From assembly GCA_028534125.1 (NCBI GenBank), contig CM052825.1, forward strand, positions 372,001-436,000: a stretch of DNA of 64,000 nucleotides. Reading direction: 5' to 3'. This document shows, piece after piece, positions 1 to 13,140 of this stretch. Source of the stretch: Lama glama (taxonomy: Eukaryota). The notes beneath the pieces are model-generated. The model searched no databases, was not told where the DNA came from, and was given only the letters and a program-made list of their open reading frames with translations. A program made the translations under genes and the position numbers. Every line of letters starts with the position of its first letter. The stretch's first letter is position 1.

Positions 1-655
1 CCCCGACACCGTCCACAGCTCACTGCTGGAAGGATCGATGCCTTGTCGTTGCCCGGCCTCCTGAAGCCCGGATCCGGGAGAAGCTCAGAGTCTGTGTTCT
101 GCCAGCAGGTGAGGACTATCTCACCCCCCAAAGTCTCCGCCTGGAGAGCTCCACCTCCCCAACCCCGGCTCACTCGCCTGGGCGCCAGGCGCCGCGTCGC
201 ACCCGGGCCGGATGGAGGCCTCGGACGCCTGCTCCCCACTCCCGACGCAAGTGGGGAAAGCTGAGCACCCCAGGCTTCCAGCAGAGGCAGCGGGAAGTGA
301 ACGGGCATCAGGGCTCTTCAAGGCACCTTACATTTTGGGGATGTCAGATCCACTGCAAACACGGGGAACAGCCTCCCCAGTAAAAGCAGCCACGTGTAAA
401 TGCACGCGTACGACTTCAGAGCATCCACAGAATCACCCCAAAGCCAGTAGGTATCAGGACAGGAAAAAGACATGAACTCAACCGGTCTCGCGCCTGGACG
501 CCGCTGGGTCGGCATCGGGGGCAGGGGCGCCCGGCCCTCACACCCTCTGCTCGGGCTGGACACGGCCGGCGCCCGTCGGACAAAGCGGACCTGCTCCCGT
601 GCGCTCTGTGTGACTGGCTCTTTCCTCCCACCGCCCCGCCCATGCCCACGGCAGC

Positions 656-1060
656 TGCTGGGGCTGAGCTGTGTCCCCAAATAGATCTCTGCGGTCCTAC
701 TCTCAGACCTCAGAATGTGACCGTATTTGGGGACGGGGTCTCACAGAGGTCATTAGTTAAAGCGAGGACATCAGGGTGGACCCAAAGCCCACAGGACTGT
801 CCCTTTTATATAAAAAGAGGAAGAGGCCACGTGAAGGAGGCAGAGGTGGGGAGACGTGTCCACCAGCCAGGGAGCCCGAGGACAGACAGAGCCCCAGCAT
901 CGAGGGGCCAGGCCTGGGAAGACCCCGGAAGTCCTCTGGGGGGAGCCCGCCCGGCGGCACCTGGGTCTCATACCTCAGCCCCCAGGCTGCGCGAGAGGCG
1001 ACTTTGACAGTTAAGCCCCCAACGTGGGTGCTTTGTCACAGCCGCCCAAGCACACTCTGG
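656..1060 (+). mobile_element. MLT1-family (ERVL-MaLR) LTR relic
   Basis: Contains tgtgtccccaaa...cctcagaatgtgaccgtatttggggacggggtc...attagttaaag, as in the recalled MLT1B/C consensus. Boundaries approximate. Confidence 0.7.
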
Positions 1061-2311
1061 TGGCAACGCAGTGACCGTCACCGAGAAAATAAGGATTCAT
1101 GCCACCCCCTTACAGTTAAGTAAAAGAAAATGCTCGGTTTAGAACCAAGACTGGAACCTAGGCTTCCTGGTCGTCTGCAGACGAGTCACCCCACCTCTTC
1201 CAGACATCAGCCCTCACCTGTCAGAGGCAGGTCACCAAGGCTTCTCCAGGCAAGTATGACCAGTCCACCTCCCTACACCTCCACCCTTGTCCCCGCCTCT
1301 CCCCCAAGCTCCAGTCCCACAGCCTCTCTGACAGCTCAAGCACGTCCAAAGCATCACTTTGACCTTTTCCGGTCCAACCGTTCTCTTCCTACTGTCCCCT
1401 TCTTGGCAGGTGGCACCCCCTTCAGACCAAACGCCAGGAGTCATGCCCCACACCTCTCTCCTCCCCCTACCTCCAGTCCACCAGCAAGACCTGGAACAGC
1501 CCCACCAAAGCCAGCAGCCCCCAGCTCCTCTCTCCCCATCTCCGCTCCCCAGTGACAGTAGCACCCTGCCCCTGCCAAGCGTAACAACCCAAAGTGTCTG
1601 CAGCCACTGCACACGTCCCCTGGGGGCAGGAGACCCCTAGATGAGACCGTCTGCTCTAGTCTCACCCTGTGGCCTCAGCTCAGGTCTGGCCGGGACCCCG
1701 CCTCTGGCCTCCTAAGGAGCTCCCTGTCTCGGTCCTGCCAATAGGTCACCCCCTGAAAGACAGGGCACCAGGCTGGGGTCACTGGTGAACAAACCAGGTT
1801 AAGTAAGGATGCACGACACCCCCTCTTCAAACGTGAGGGAACAATCCCATCCCCCGCCCCCGGCCTCGGTGCGGGACTGGGGACTGGAGCTCCTCTCCTC
1901 ACGGGGACCTCAAAAGTAACCAGAGAGACACGGATTAAGGCCACGTGGCCAGGTCCACCTATTCAAAAACAGCTTTTAAAATTAAAACAGCCAAAGTGGG
2001 CTCAGGTGGGTCACTAGCAGCCCCAGTCCCTGCTGGAGGGGCTGCAAACTGATGCTCCGCTCTGGGGAGCCCCCATCAGTCCATCTCCGAAAAGCTGCAC
2101 TAAACCAACAATACTACACATGGAAAAAAATCTCAGTACAGAAACGTTCGTGTGGCATTATTTTTAACGTTAAAAAAAAAGCTGAAAATAACTCAATCAT
2201 CTAATCGTGAGGGAAATGTGGAGAAAACATGGCTGTATCTTCTTAACACAAGTGAGTGAAGAATAGACTGTAAGTACGCATGTCTGTGACATGGCTACAG
2301 CTATGCTCGAA

Positions 2312-2743
2312 ATCCACACAGTGGAGGGACCACAGATCCCACGTCCACACAGCGGGGGGGCCGCAGATCCCACGTCCATACAGGGGAGGGGCCACAGATC
2401 CCACGTCCACACAGCGGGGGTGCTGCAGGGCCCACGTCCACAGAGCAGGGGGGCCGCAGAGCCCACGTCCACACAGGGGAGGGGCTGCGGATCCCACGAC
2501 CACACAGGGAAGGGGCCACAGAGCCCACGTCCACACAGCAGGGGGGGCGCAGATCCCACGTCCATACAGGGGAGGGGCCACAGATCCCACATCCACACAG
2601 CGGGGGGGGCCGCAGATCCCACGTCCACAGAGCAGGGGGGCCGCAGAGCCCACGTCCACACAGGGGAGGGGCTGCGGATCCCACGACCACACAGGGAAGG
2701 GGCCACAGAGCCCACGTCCACACAGGGGGGAGGGACCACAGAC
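2312..2743. repeat. 31-bp GC-rich minisatellite, ~14 copies, with a 6-unit higher-order duplication
   Basis: Unit ~acgtccacacagSgggRggggccRcagaKccc recurs at 2341, 2372, 2403, 2434, 2465, 2496, 2527, 2558, 2589, 2621, 2652, 2683 and 2714. Confidence 0.97.
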
Positions 2744-3651
2744 AACGTTTACCTCTTCTTTCCACTCCTGAACTTCTCAGATTTTCTTTAAAGGCATGTA
2801 TTGCTATAAAATGTTTTTCATGGATTGTTTTGAAGGGAAGAAATAAATCCATTCCTTCGGGTTGGGCTATGTGTCCACAAGAGTTCCCGTCAGAAGTAAG
2901 ACACTGCTGGGAGGCGGGGCACGGGCTGAGAGGTGCTTAAACACAGACCCGGCCCCGGGGCTCCCATTCAGTCCCCATGGCAGACGGACAGGGACAGTTA
3001 TGCTGTGATACGAGGGCCAGGAGGAGGAACCTCAGGTGACCCCAGAGAGTGTTCTGGGCCGAGAGCCCAAGGGAGGGAGGGGCAGCAGGGCAGGCTGACA
3101 GGGGCTCCTGTCCCAACCTGCCGCTTCCTGGACCATCCGCTTGCTTCCCACGATGAGCCAGCAAGGGGGTGACAGGTGTCATTCGGGAGGAGTGAGCTCG
3201 GGGACCCTCTCCTCAGTAGAGAGGGGCAGATCAGGCATGTGTCCCACCCCAACCCGTGCACACACACGTTTGCGGGGCAGGCCAGCCTCTGCTGAGTCCC
3301 AGAGACGCAGACAATGTGCAAGCTGACCCCAGACATCCCACATCACACTCTGCCAGAGCTGTTTTGCCCCAGTGCCGAGGACATCTACGAGACCCAGTGC
3401 CACTTCCGTCCCGAGCTGAAAACCATCTGTGAGCCCCACAGGTTCTAATCACAGTCAGCCTTTCCCAAACATCTGCACCGCCTTCCGCCAGCCCCCTGAA
3501 GGCCCTGGACCACCTGGGAGGAGAAGGGGTTCTGTGGCTGGGAGGACAGAGCCCCCAGCTCCGGCAAACCGCTTTGGAAGGACACTACCACAGGCACTCC
3601 AGGCCCCGTGAGGACGGTGGCGGAAAGGGTTGGCGGGTGCCCTGCACTGAC

Positions 3652-3828
3652 CTTCTCCAGCTTCTCGAAGTGTTCCCGGAGGAACCTCATGGGGCGGTCG
3701 GGCTTGGAGACGCAGAGGTGCACGATGCAGTCCCTGAGCACCTGCTGGACGCTGTGCTTCTGGACGTAGAGCTCGCAGCCTCGCAGAGCCTCGTCCTCCT
3801 CCAGCGGGTAAGGCGACGGCGAGGCCAT
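3652..3828 (-). CDS. PRKAR1B: cAMP-dependent protein kinase type I-beta regulatory subunit, first coding exon (dimerization/docking domain); gene continues beyond the left edge
   Basis: Translation [59 protein letters not shown] matches the RI-beta N-terminus. 177 nt followed by donor AAG|GTCAGT at 3651. Acceptor tctcctccccag|G places the exon start at 3845. Context ACCATGG. Confidence 0.97.
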
Positions 3829-4299
3829 GGTCAGCGGGACTGCACCTGGGGAGGAGAACAGGGATCAGGCTCGTGGTTCGGTGAACACCTGTCCTACACG
3901 CATCCTAAGGTTTACCCGTGCAGGCTGATCCAAGGACTGACGCGATGTGCTCACATGGCCCGGGCGTTTTACCCTGCACTTGTCAGCGAGATGACCTGTT
4001 AACACAACCACCGCGATGCCTAACAGCTAACAGACCCCCCGCGGACGGGGGTGGACCAGGCAGGTTTTGCACGCTGTTGAGAAGCAGCAGTGCAGGGCGG
4101 GGGGGCTCCTGAGGGTCCAGCAGGCGGTTGTGCGGCCTCACTTGCATCCATACCCTCTTTCAGGAGAACAGTGGGGGGGGGCTGTACCTCCCACCCCAGC
4201 CGAACGCCATGGGAGATGGGGTTGGGGTGCCCTTGCAAGCTCCGCAGGAAAGGGGAGGCAGGAAAACAAACGGAGCGAGGCTGAGGGGCCCCAGGAGGA

Positions 4300-4780
4300 C
4301 AAGCCCGGGGACAAAGGCAGGCCCGCGTTCCCCGCCCGCGCTCCGGCCAGGTCGCAATCACAGCCCGGAACCGGCGCGGAACCCGGCCCGCCCGGCGGCG
4401 CACGCGGCCGCGGGGACCCCAGCCCTGGCCTCCGCGTCCCCGGCCTCCGCGCCCCGCACCACGGCGGCGCCTCGGGCTAGGGTCCAGCCGAGGGGCCAGG
4501 GGCTCCCCAAGGGCCCACATTCCCCGAGGCCTCCCGGTGCAGACCCAGCCCCGGACAGGCATGCGGAGGGGGCCGCCGCAGACCCCACCCCAGCCCAGCC
4601 CCGCGTACCTGGATGCGCGGTGCCGGAGACCGGAGGCGGTGCGCAGGGACGCAGAGACGCGGGACGGCGAGCAAGCGGGTCCCCGCACTGCAGCGGCGCC
4701 GCCCTCCGCCCGCCCCGCGCCGCCCCCGCCCACCGGCGCCCCCCGCCCCCTCCCCGCCCCGACACCCGGGCTCCCCTCTG
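4300..4780 (-). promoter_or_regulatory. PRKAR1B: CpG island / proximal promoter of PRKAR1B
   Basis: Very dense CpG with multiple GC boxes (ccgccc) at 4695-4760, 0.5-0.9 kb upstream of the first coding exon. Confidence 0.85.
4609..4700 (-). other. PRKAR1B: Probable non-coding first exon of PRKAR1B (proximal isoform)
   Basis: Minus-strand donor CCAG|GTACGC at 4609/4608, directly downstream of a GC-box cluster. The 5' end is uncertain. Confidence 0.55.
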
Positions 4781-7324
4781 GTCTCCCCAGGACCCACCTG
4801 TCCCCCTCGCCCCAGACTCCCCTCACCCGCTGCGTACCCCTGTTCCCCTCCCCCTCCCCTGCTCCTGACTGCCCCCCACCCTTTCCCCACCCACCAATCC
4901 TCCACCCTGGGCTTTGGGGCTGACAGGCCTCACATTGGACACACAGATCCCTGTGTAGCTTGGTCAGGACACCACTGCCACCCCCAAACTCCCTCCACTG
5001 GGGACCCTGCGATTGTCCCCCCACCCCCGTTGGTTGCAGCCTGTGGGGCTTCAGGGTGATGGCCAGCCCCCTCCACACCTGGGATGTCCCATGTACACAC
5101 GTGCAAGGCACCAGCCTGTCCTCCGGGGTCTGTCTTCAGCTCAGGGCCTGCAGGGGTGGTAGGCGGGCCCAGGCCACCCTCGGGAGAGGTTAGCTGATTT
5201 CCTTTTCTTGGTTTAAGGGCACCAGCTTCACCCGGATGCCCCGGGGGAAATCGCAGGGTCATCCTAAATTCTTGCCACCACCCATGGGCATCCAGGAGGT
5301 CACTGAGGCCAGCAGAGGCCCTTGGTGATGTCCTAACCCACAAGGCCGGGCCTGCAGCAAAGGGAAGCCCTCATTCACTGTTGCCTTCATCCTGCCGGGT
5401 GGAGGAGGAAACTGCATCTCAGGCAGCTGGGGGTCCCCACCCCTTCCCTAGTGGTCTGAATCCCAGGAGAGGGGGAGGGACCCAGGCCTTGAAGGGGAAG
5501 GCCTCTGCTCTGCTGTCCAGGCTCACCTGTCCCTGCTCCCACACCCACACAGGCACACCACCGTGGGGGCAGCCTTGCCAGGCAAGCTCCCCAGCAGGGC
5601 TGATGCGGGCCAGCTCCCTCCTGGCAGCTGAAGGGAAAGTCACAGACGCACGCAGGTGGTCACACTCAGAGCCCCTTTCTGCTCCCCATCCCTCTCCCTC
5701 AACGTGTGCCTGGCCTCGCCCACACCTCAGGTACACTGGCACCTGCCCCAGTCACTGAAAGAGTCACTTTGGGGAACTGAAGTCCAGTCTCAACAGAATC
5801 GAAACTTCAACCCACAAGCAATTGAAACCTTTGGCTATTGCTCAGCTCTGCCCCCTGGGCCTCCCAGCTGTGTGAACTAGGAAATGTCCGTGTTGGCTAC
5901 GCCGTGGTTTCTGTGACTGAGAAGTATCCATGTGGACCCACCCTGAAGTACATGACCCCCCGTCCCCCCAGACAGCCCCCAAAAATGATCTGTGGTGGTC
6001 GCAGGGACATCCCTCCCGGGGCAGGGTCAGAAACCGTGTGGACCACGGGTGGGGCACAGCTAGGCTGAGGTCACCACCCCACTGGACAGAGACAAATCTG
6101 GTCTCACAAGGTGTCCAAACAGCCACATCTTCCTAGGAAGATGATCACATCATTCGAAAGTCCCAGCAAGTCGCGCTGGTCTGCGTGCCCCCCCACCACA
6201 GGGAGGGGGCCCATCCCCACGCTACTACTCCCCTGAAGCCCGAGTGATCAAGTCTTGAAAAAAACAACTTCAAAGCCACATTATTTTCCAACCATCGCCC
6301 GCCCCAAATTCCTGGCTCTGCCAACACCAGCTCACCTGCAAAGACAGCCTGGACGTGACTTCCGTGGGGAACCCTCCCTGGGGCTCCCTCACCTGCCGAT
6401 GAGGCTGGGCCTCTGCAGGTGCCGCCCCGCCCGGGGCTCCCTGCACACTGCGGCCCTGTCCCAAGTGCTCCTGCGTGACCTGCAGAGGCTGTTTGCTTTG
6501 CGGGGAGCCCCAGGCAGGCACAGGCAGTGTCTCTGTTGTCCACCCTGCAGGGCAAGGAGACAGACCAACATCTGCTGGCCGTCCACCTCCTGGCCTTGCA
6601 GGCCGACCCCCGGTGTGAGCGCGGGGCTGGGGCCACCTGCAGAGGGGCCAGAGGGTAAGTGCTGGATACTCAGGGAGGACTCACTCTGGGAGGACTCTGA
6701 GCCAGGAACCCTACCTGGAGGGGCCACCGAACCTCACATCAGGGTGAACTAACTCTCAGCCCCAGCGTACAGATGAGGATCTGGGGGACAGGGGGCTGGG
6801 AGCCGAGCTTGCAGTGCACTAATCACTGTTCCTCCAGCCACGCCCACTCCTCGGGAAGTCAGCTAATTCCTCCCCGGGATGGAAGACAGAGACCCAGGGG
6901 GAGGGAGAGTGGGAGCTGGGACGAGGAAACGTCGGTCCCGAGAGACAGAGGAGGCACAGCAGCAGCGCCCTCTACTCTGCAGCTTTTAGGCCTGGATGTG
7001 AGCGCTCACACAGATTTTGCCACACAAGTCGATAAATCTGACTTAAGCGTCGCTTCCGGTGGGGTTTTGTGGGAGTGGTGGGCAGCCCCCAGGCAGAGGA
7101 CCCCAGAGGAGGCTCGCAGAGGAGGCCCCAGCCCTGGCCTGGAGGCCACCGCCCAGCGGACACGCCTGGACTCCTGACCCACACTCAGATAACTGGTGAG
7201 TGGAAGTCCCCGAGCTTGCAGTGCATCGTCTGCAGAGACTGGTAACTGCTGCTCAGGGCTCGAGGGAGACAGGCCCACCTCACGCCTGCGCTGGTGCCCA
7301 GTGTCAGGAGATAGCTCCAGGAAC

Positions 7325-7660
7325 AGGCTGCGTATTTGCGTCCCGCAGATTTGCACCTTAAATCCTAACCCCCAGCGTGAAGGTGTCAGGAGACGGGGCT
7401 CTGGGGCGATGAGGTCATGAGGGTGGGGCCCCCGGGACGGGATTGGTGCCCTTTTAGGAGGGACCCAGAGAGCCCCTGGCCCCTTCCCCACGTGAGGACA
7501 CTGCAAGGAGGCGCCATCCACAAGCCAGGATGCGGGTCCTCCTCAGGCAGGACTCCTGCCTTGATCTTGGACGTCCAGCCTCCAGCCTGAGACAGGGACT
7601 GTTCACATCCACCCGGCAAGCCTGCTGTGTCTTAGTGGCTGGGGCACTGGGGCGGGAGGA
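7325..7660 (+). mobile_element. MLT1A-like LTR relic
   Basis: Contains aaatcctaacccccag...gaggtcatgagggtggggccc...gggattggtgcccttttag...ttgatcttggacgtccagcctccag, typical of MLT1A. Confidence 0.75.
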
Positions 7661-8399
7661 AGCACGCAATACTGAGCAAGGCCAAACCGAAAACACGTCA
7701 CAAGGATAAAAGCATCCAGACACGTGAATCCGGCAGCTGAAGGAACAAACGCTGAGCGATCGGAACAAAGAACCAAAGCCACACGTTTACAGGGATGTTG
7801 CACGTGACAGTGGTGGCCTTGTACCAGGCAGAAAACAGTTTGGAGAGAAAGAGCCAGCCACCAGCTCCGTGAGGAGGAGCTGCACGTGCCTGAGCCACGA
7901 CGGGCCCATCGGAGCGCCGCGTGCCCCCAGCGCCGGCTGGGTGAGACGTGAGCGAGCCAACCAGGTGCATCGCTGGAATCAGTTTATTGTGCTGGTTTAA
8001 AAGGCATGCGTAAGCGGGACACGGAACGAGGACGCCAGGAGGAGACTCCCGCTGTTTCCTTACCTCTGCCGACTAGTTACAATTTATTCAGTGGAGGAAG
8101 CTCCTTCTCTGACCCTACGGACACGTTTGGACAGCTCCACCACATCTGGGCTCAAACACAGAGATTTCAAAGCTCTGCGGTCACGTTGAGACACAAACCC
8201 GGTGCCATCTCAGTCACTGTAAGTGTCCAGGACTATGAGACAACTAAAGCCCCAACGTGATGTAGAGAAAGAGCACCCTCCCCAGCGAGCTGGGGGAGCG
8301 GGCTGGGAAAGGAGAGAGAGGCCGCTTTCTCTGTCCCTTTCTCTCCCAGCCACAGGCCCCAAACCTGCCCATCGGGCTCCGACCACTCCTGCATCAGAA

Positions 8400-11300
8400 C
8401 AGCCTCTGGCAACTCGAACTCCCAGCCCCCAGGCCACCGTGGCTGAGGCCACATCACGTGCCTCACAGAAGTGGAACCAGACGTGTGGCCTTTGCAGTCT
8501 GGCGTCTTCCACTCTGTACAGCCTTTCTGAGGTCCATCTGCTGGTAGCAGGTGTCAGCACCGCATTCCTGTCTACAGCTGAGTCACACTCACACGTACAC
8601 ATACGTGAGTGTAAACATATCCCACGTATACACAGGAGTCTATCCACTCACCCTTTGAGGAGCCCGGGCTGCCCCCACCTTCAGCTGTGCTGAGGCCACT
8701 GCCCTAAGCCTGGGTGTGCAGACCCCGTGGGCCCCGTTTTCCCTTCCTCCAGCAGCACATTCGGACGCGGAACCGCTGGGCCACGTGCTGACCCTCCGCA
8801 GACCTCGTGAGGACCCACCACACCACTTCCACGATGGCCACGGGACTTTGCATCCCACCAGCGATGCACCAGGGTCCTAATTCCTCCACGTGCTCCCAAA
8901 CCTGTGTTAGTTTCTGTTTTTTGCAATAAGCATCCAGACAGGTGAGGTGCTCGCCAGACCTTCGACACCAGGCGTGGCCGCGGCTCAGCACCATTTCCAA
9001 CCCTGTCTAACGGCCGAGTTCCAGGCCAGCTCAGGTTCAACTTCAGTGGGAAAAGGTGGGGAGAAAAGCGGGCTGCTCTAGAAACAGCCACACTTAATGT
9101 GCTGTTTTGCTGTGGAATATTTGGAGACGTGCCTTATAGAATTTCCCTCCTATTCCTAATTTTTCCTAAGTTTTTTCATCATAAACAGGTGTCGAATTTC
9201 ATCAGATGCTTTATCTGCATCTACCGAGATGATCACGAGTCTTCCCCTTTTTTCAAAATGTGGTCAATTATATGAACCTTTAATGTTAAAAAACTAACCT
9301 GCACCCCTGGAATAAACTCAGTCTGGTCACAACGTAGCATCCTTCATAAAATGCCTCATTTGCAGATTTAATCTGCGGTTTTGTTTAGGACCTCGCACCT
9401 GGGTTCAGCGCAAGAGGGTGTTCCACAGCGTTCCTTTCTGGGATGTCCTGGTCACCTTCTGGGATCACAGCTGCGGTGCCGGCTTCACAAGAGCGGGGAG
9501 ACACCCCCGCCCCCCCGTTTCAGACGGCAGTTACCGCCTTGCCAAGCAAGCGTCCTTAAGTGTCTGCTGGGAATGCCGTTTGTGCTAACAGCCTTTATTG
9601 TGGGAAGCTTTTAAATGATAAATTCTTCTTCCATAGCTAGTAGACTCTCCTGACTTTCTACTTCATCTTGTGGAAGTTTTAGTAAATTATCTTTTCCTAG
9701 AACGTCCTCTACTTCATAAACTCTTTGGCCTGAAGTGGTTTGCATCACTATAGCATCTTTTAAAAAGCGCCTAGAACCCTCCCTGATGCCCCCTTTCATA
9801 CTCATGCTGGAATCTGTGCCTCTGAGCTTCTCCCCTGCAGTCTTGACAAGGGAGTCATCGATTTTATTCACCTTTAAAAACGACAGACTCTTGGTTTTAA
9901 TGGCATTCTCTGTTGTGTGTTCATTTCACTGTTTGGCTACTTTCTGTTCTACCTTTATTATTCTTTTTTACTGTGTTCAGATTTGTCTGTATATTTTGTT
10001 GTTGGAAGGAAAAAAATCAGCTTTTTTTTCAGTCAACTGAAAGCAATAATAAAGGTATTTGCAGACTCGAAAAATACCTGATACCAATTTGATTCTTGTT
10101 CGTTTGAAGGCAACCTATTCTTTTTCTCTGACAGTCTCACGAATTCCTGTCTTTGACATTCAGTTTCACAACAAGCCAACGTGAGTGCCTCTCTGGCCCT
10201 GGGTGGGCCCTTCGATCTGAGCTCTGGAAAATCTGTCCCCACTCCCCCATTAAACACCCTTTCCCGGGAGTCTGCTAACCGGCGCTTCTGCCTCCACCGC
10301 GCACGCCTTCCTCTCCTCCGCCCTCCTGTCCTGTTTCGTGTTGCTCACTCTTCTCCTTTTGCAGGCATCTTTCACCTACTTTCACGTACTGGTCCTTCTG
10401 TTCTATTGCCTGTTTATTTCTGTTCAGTCTGGAAGAGCGTCTGGGGAAAGGGGACAGGAGGGCGGGGGCCCCTCAGTGTTCCTGGAGCCACCACCAATGT
10501 GAGGACACTCAAGAACCGTCACTACAACAGGTGCCTGGAAAGTCACCCCCAGCCCCACCCCAAGCCCCTGGAGACCATGAGTGTGCCCCCCGTCCCTGGA
10601 ATTACACTGCCTCATGAACGTCACACAAGAGGAACCGAGCACCATGTCCTTTCACGTCTCCATTTGCTCAGCGTGGGCCCGAGACGCACCCGAGCTCTCG
10701 CACGCACCAACAGTCCCTTCCATTCTTCTTCCAAGTAGACCAGAGAAATCAGTGTCCGCATCTGAAGACCCTCCTGCTGGCTCTGTGTCCCTGATTTTTA
10801 GTTCGACTCCATTTTTGTCTGAGAGCACGCGCTGTGTGACGGCACTTGTTTTACGGTCGCTGAGCTGTTTTGTGGCCCAGGATCCGTCCTGCCCTGGCTT
10901 CTTCCTGGGCGCCTGTGAGCAACGTGCATTCTGCCCTTGCTGCATGGGGTGTTCTGCGAGTGTCCACCGCCGCTGTCCTACGTCCTTGTGGAAGGTCCAA
11001 GAGTGTGACCCTTGAGAGTGAGGGTCGAGGCCCTCACCTGTGATTGGGGGTTGGTCTCCCCCTTCCAGCTTTGCCAGCTTTCACTGTGTGTGCTGTGAAG
11101 GCCTGTCGTCTGGGTCACCAAAGTCTGCAAATGTGGCGGGTCTTCCTGGTGGACAGGCCCCTTTGTTACGCAGTGGACCTTTTCCCCTAGAAGTTTCACC
11201 TGCTCTGCAGCCTCAGCAGGCTGGTATTGATTATTGTCTCTAAAAATGAATGTTTACAGGACACACCTCGTCCTGCCCTTCCACTTCCGGTCTTCCCACA

Positions 11301-13140
11301 TCGCCGTGTGTGGAGGGAGTTTCAGCACACGGTGGACGACAGGCGGTTGGGCTGTGGCTCTTTATTCCCTCTGCCAACCTCTGTCTTCTAACTGGTGTGT
11401 GTAGGACATTTACATTTAAAGTAATTGCAGACACACTGGGGCTTAAGTCTGCTGTTTTATTACTTCTGTTCACTCCCTCTCCCTTCCCTTTATTGCGGGA
11501 AATGTGCAAATCTTTTAGATTCCCACTTCCTGATGTCTTGAGTACGTCACTGTTTACTTTTCTTTGCAGCTGCTCTAGACACTCCCACACACACGTGTGA
11601 TCATCAGCCTACTGGCTTCGATATTTTACCACGTCCAACACAGGGTAGAAACTGCCCTTCACCCCTCTCGCTCTTCAAACACAACTGTCGTAAATACTTC
11701 CTCCACGTGCACTGAGCACATCAGTGTTACAACTTCCGCTTCAACCAACGGGTGCGATCCAGGAAGCTCGTGAGGTGAAAGGTGGTCACGTTTACTTCCA
11801 TTTTACCCTCCCCCTTGTTCGTAACTTCCGGAAGGCCCAGCCTTCAGCGACAAGGTCCTTCGTGTTTGGAGCTTCCTTTGGTCCATCCTCCAGAGTAAGT
11901 CTACCAGCGACAGTTCTCTTGGCCTGCCTTTGTCCAAGAACGTCAGTGTCCGCGTTCAGCCCTGAAGGATCGTTTCGCCGGATGGAAGATTCAGCGGACA
12001 GTTTTTTTCCTTCAACACTTCCTTCCAGACACTGTGATTTCAGACGAGAAATCTGCCACCTTTCACACCAGTGTTCCGCTCTAGGGCTGTTTTACATTTG
12101 TTTTTCTCTGTCTTTAGTTTTCAGAAGTTAAATTATGATGTGTCTTCGTGTGAATTTCTAGAGGGCTTATACCACTTAGGACTTCCTCTGCTCCTTTTAT
12201 GTGTGGGTTCGTCTTTCACCAAATTCGGGAAGTTTTCATCCATCTTCAAACACTTTTTCAGCCCACGTTCTCCCTGTTCTAAGACTCTGGTGGAAACACT
12301 CACCGTCCTGCAGATCCGAGGCTCGTCCACTTACCGTCCCTCTCTTGCTTAGATCGTGTAAATCTCATTGCTCTACCTTCGAGTTCCCTGATTCTTTCCT
12401 GTCACTATGTCCATCCAGTGACGGACACACTGTGCCCAGCAGTGGACACGTTAATTTGGTCATTGTACTTTTCAATTCTGTAATTTCCACTTGGTTCTTT
12501 TTTTCTACTGTAGTATAGTTTATAGTGTTGTGTCAATTTCTGGTGTGCAGCACAATGCTTCAGTCACGTAGAAACATACATATATTCATTTTTACATCCT
12601 CTTTCACTGTAAGTTACTACAAGATATTGAATATAGTTCCCTGTGCTGTACAGTATAAACTTACTTATCTATTTCTATACATTAGTATCTGCAAATCACA
12701 AACTCCCCATTTATCCCTTCCCACCCTCTTCCCCTCCCCCATAACCACAGGTTTGTTTTCTGTGTATGTGAGTCTGTTTCAGTTTTGTAAATAAGTTCGT
12801 TTTTTTTTTAAGATTCACATATAAGTGATAATCATTTAGTATTTTTCTTTCTCACTTGGCTCTTTTTAATGCTTCTATTTTTTTGTTAAGATCTTCTATT
12901 TTCATCTGTCTCAAAAGAATTCATACAAATTTTAAAAAGCATTTTTATGACTGCTTTAAAAATCCTCATCAGATGACCCCAAGTCTTGTTCATCTTGGCA
13001 TTCACGTCAGTTCATTTGCTTTCACATTCACAGGATAGTTTTCCCAGCGTAACAGGAGACTTTTTAGTGTATCCTAGACATTCTGGTTATTAAGTTCGAA
13101 GAGTCTTGATTTCTTTTAAATCTTATATTTCAGCAGGAAG
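8400..13140 (-). mobile_element. Old, fragmented L1M LINE (ORF1, ORF2 and 3' remnants)
   Basis: Minus-strand ORF fragments resemble L1 proteins: ITLNVNVLHTPVRRQRLAEGIK (ORF2 endonuclease start, 11240-11590), MDENFPNLVKD (ORF1, 12133-12330) and NKIDDSLVK (ORF2, 9611-9871). T-rich plus strand. Confidence 0.85.
12497..12852 (-). mobile_element. Younger 5'-truncated artiodactyl-type L1 3' end nested in the older L1
   Basis: T tract followed by L1 3'UTR (gttactacaagatattgaatatagttccctgtgctgtacagta). Flanked by direct repeats cacttggttcttt (12488) and cacttggctcttt (12853). Confidence 0.8.

Noticed and set aside
2197-2852. Repetitive ORFs in five frames and a CRISPR-like appearance of the 31-bp array
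   Set aside because: The units are contiguous with no unique spacers, there are no cas genes, and the context is a mammalian intron. The ORFs are by-products of a stop-poor minisatellite.
3445-3651. ORF-track extension of PRKAR1B after ...EKLEK
   Set aside because: Read-through past the GT donor at 3651; similarity to RI-beta ends there.
4020-5111. 363-aa and 246-aa ORFs over the PRKAR1B CpG island
   Set aside because: Gly/Arg/Pro/Ala low-complexity sequence expected from stop-codon scarcity in GC-rich DNA; no recognisable domain.
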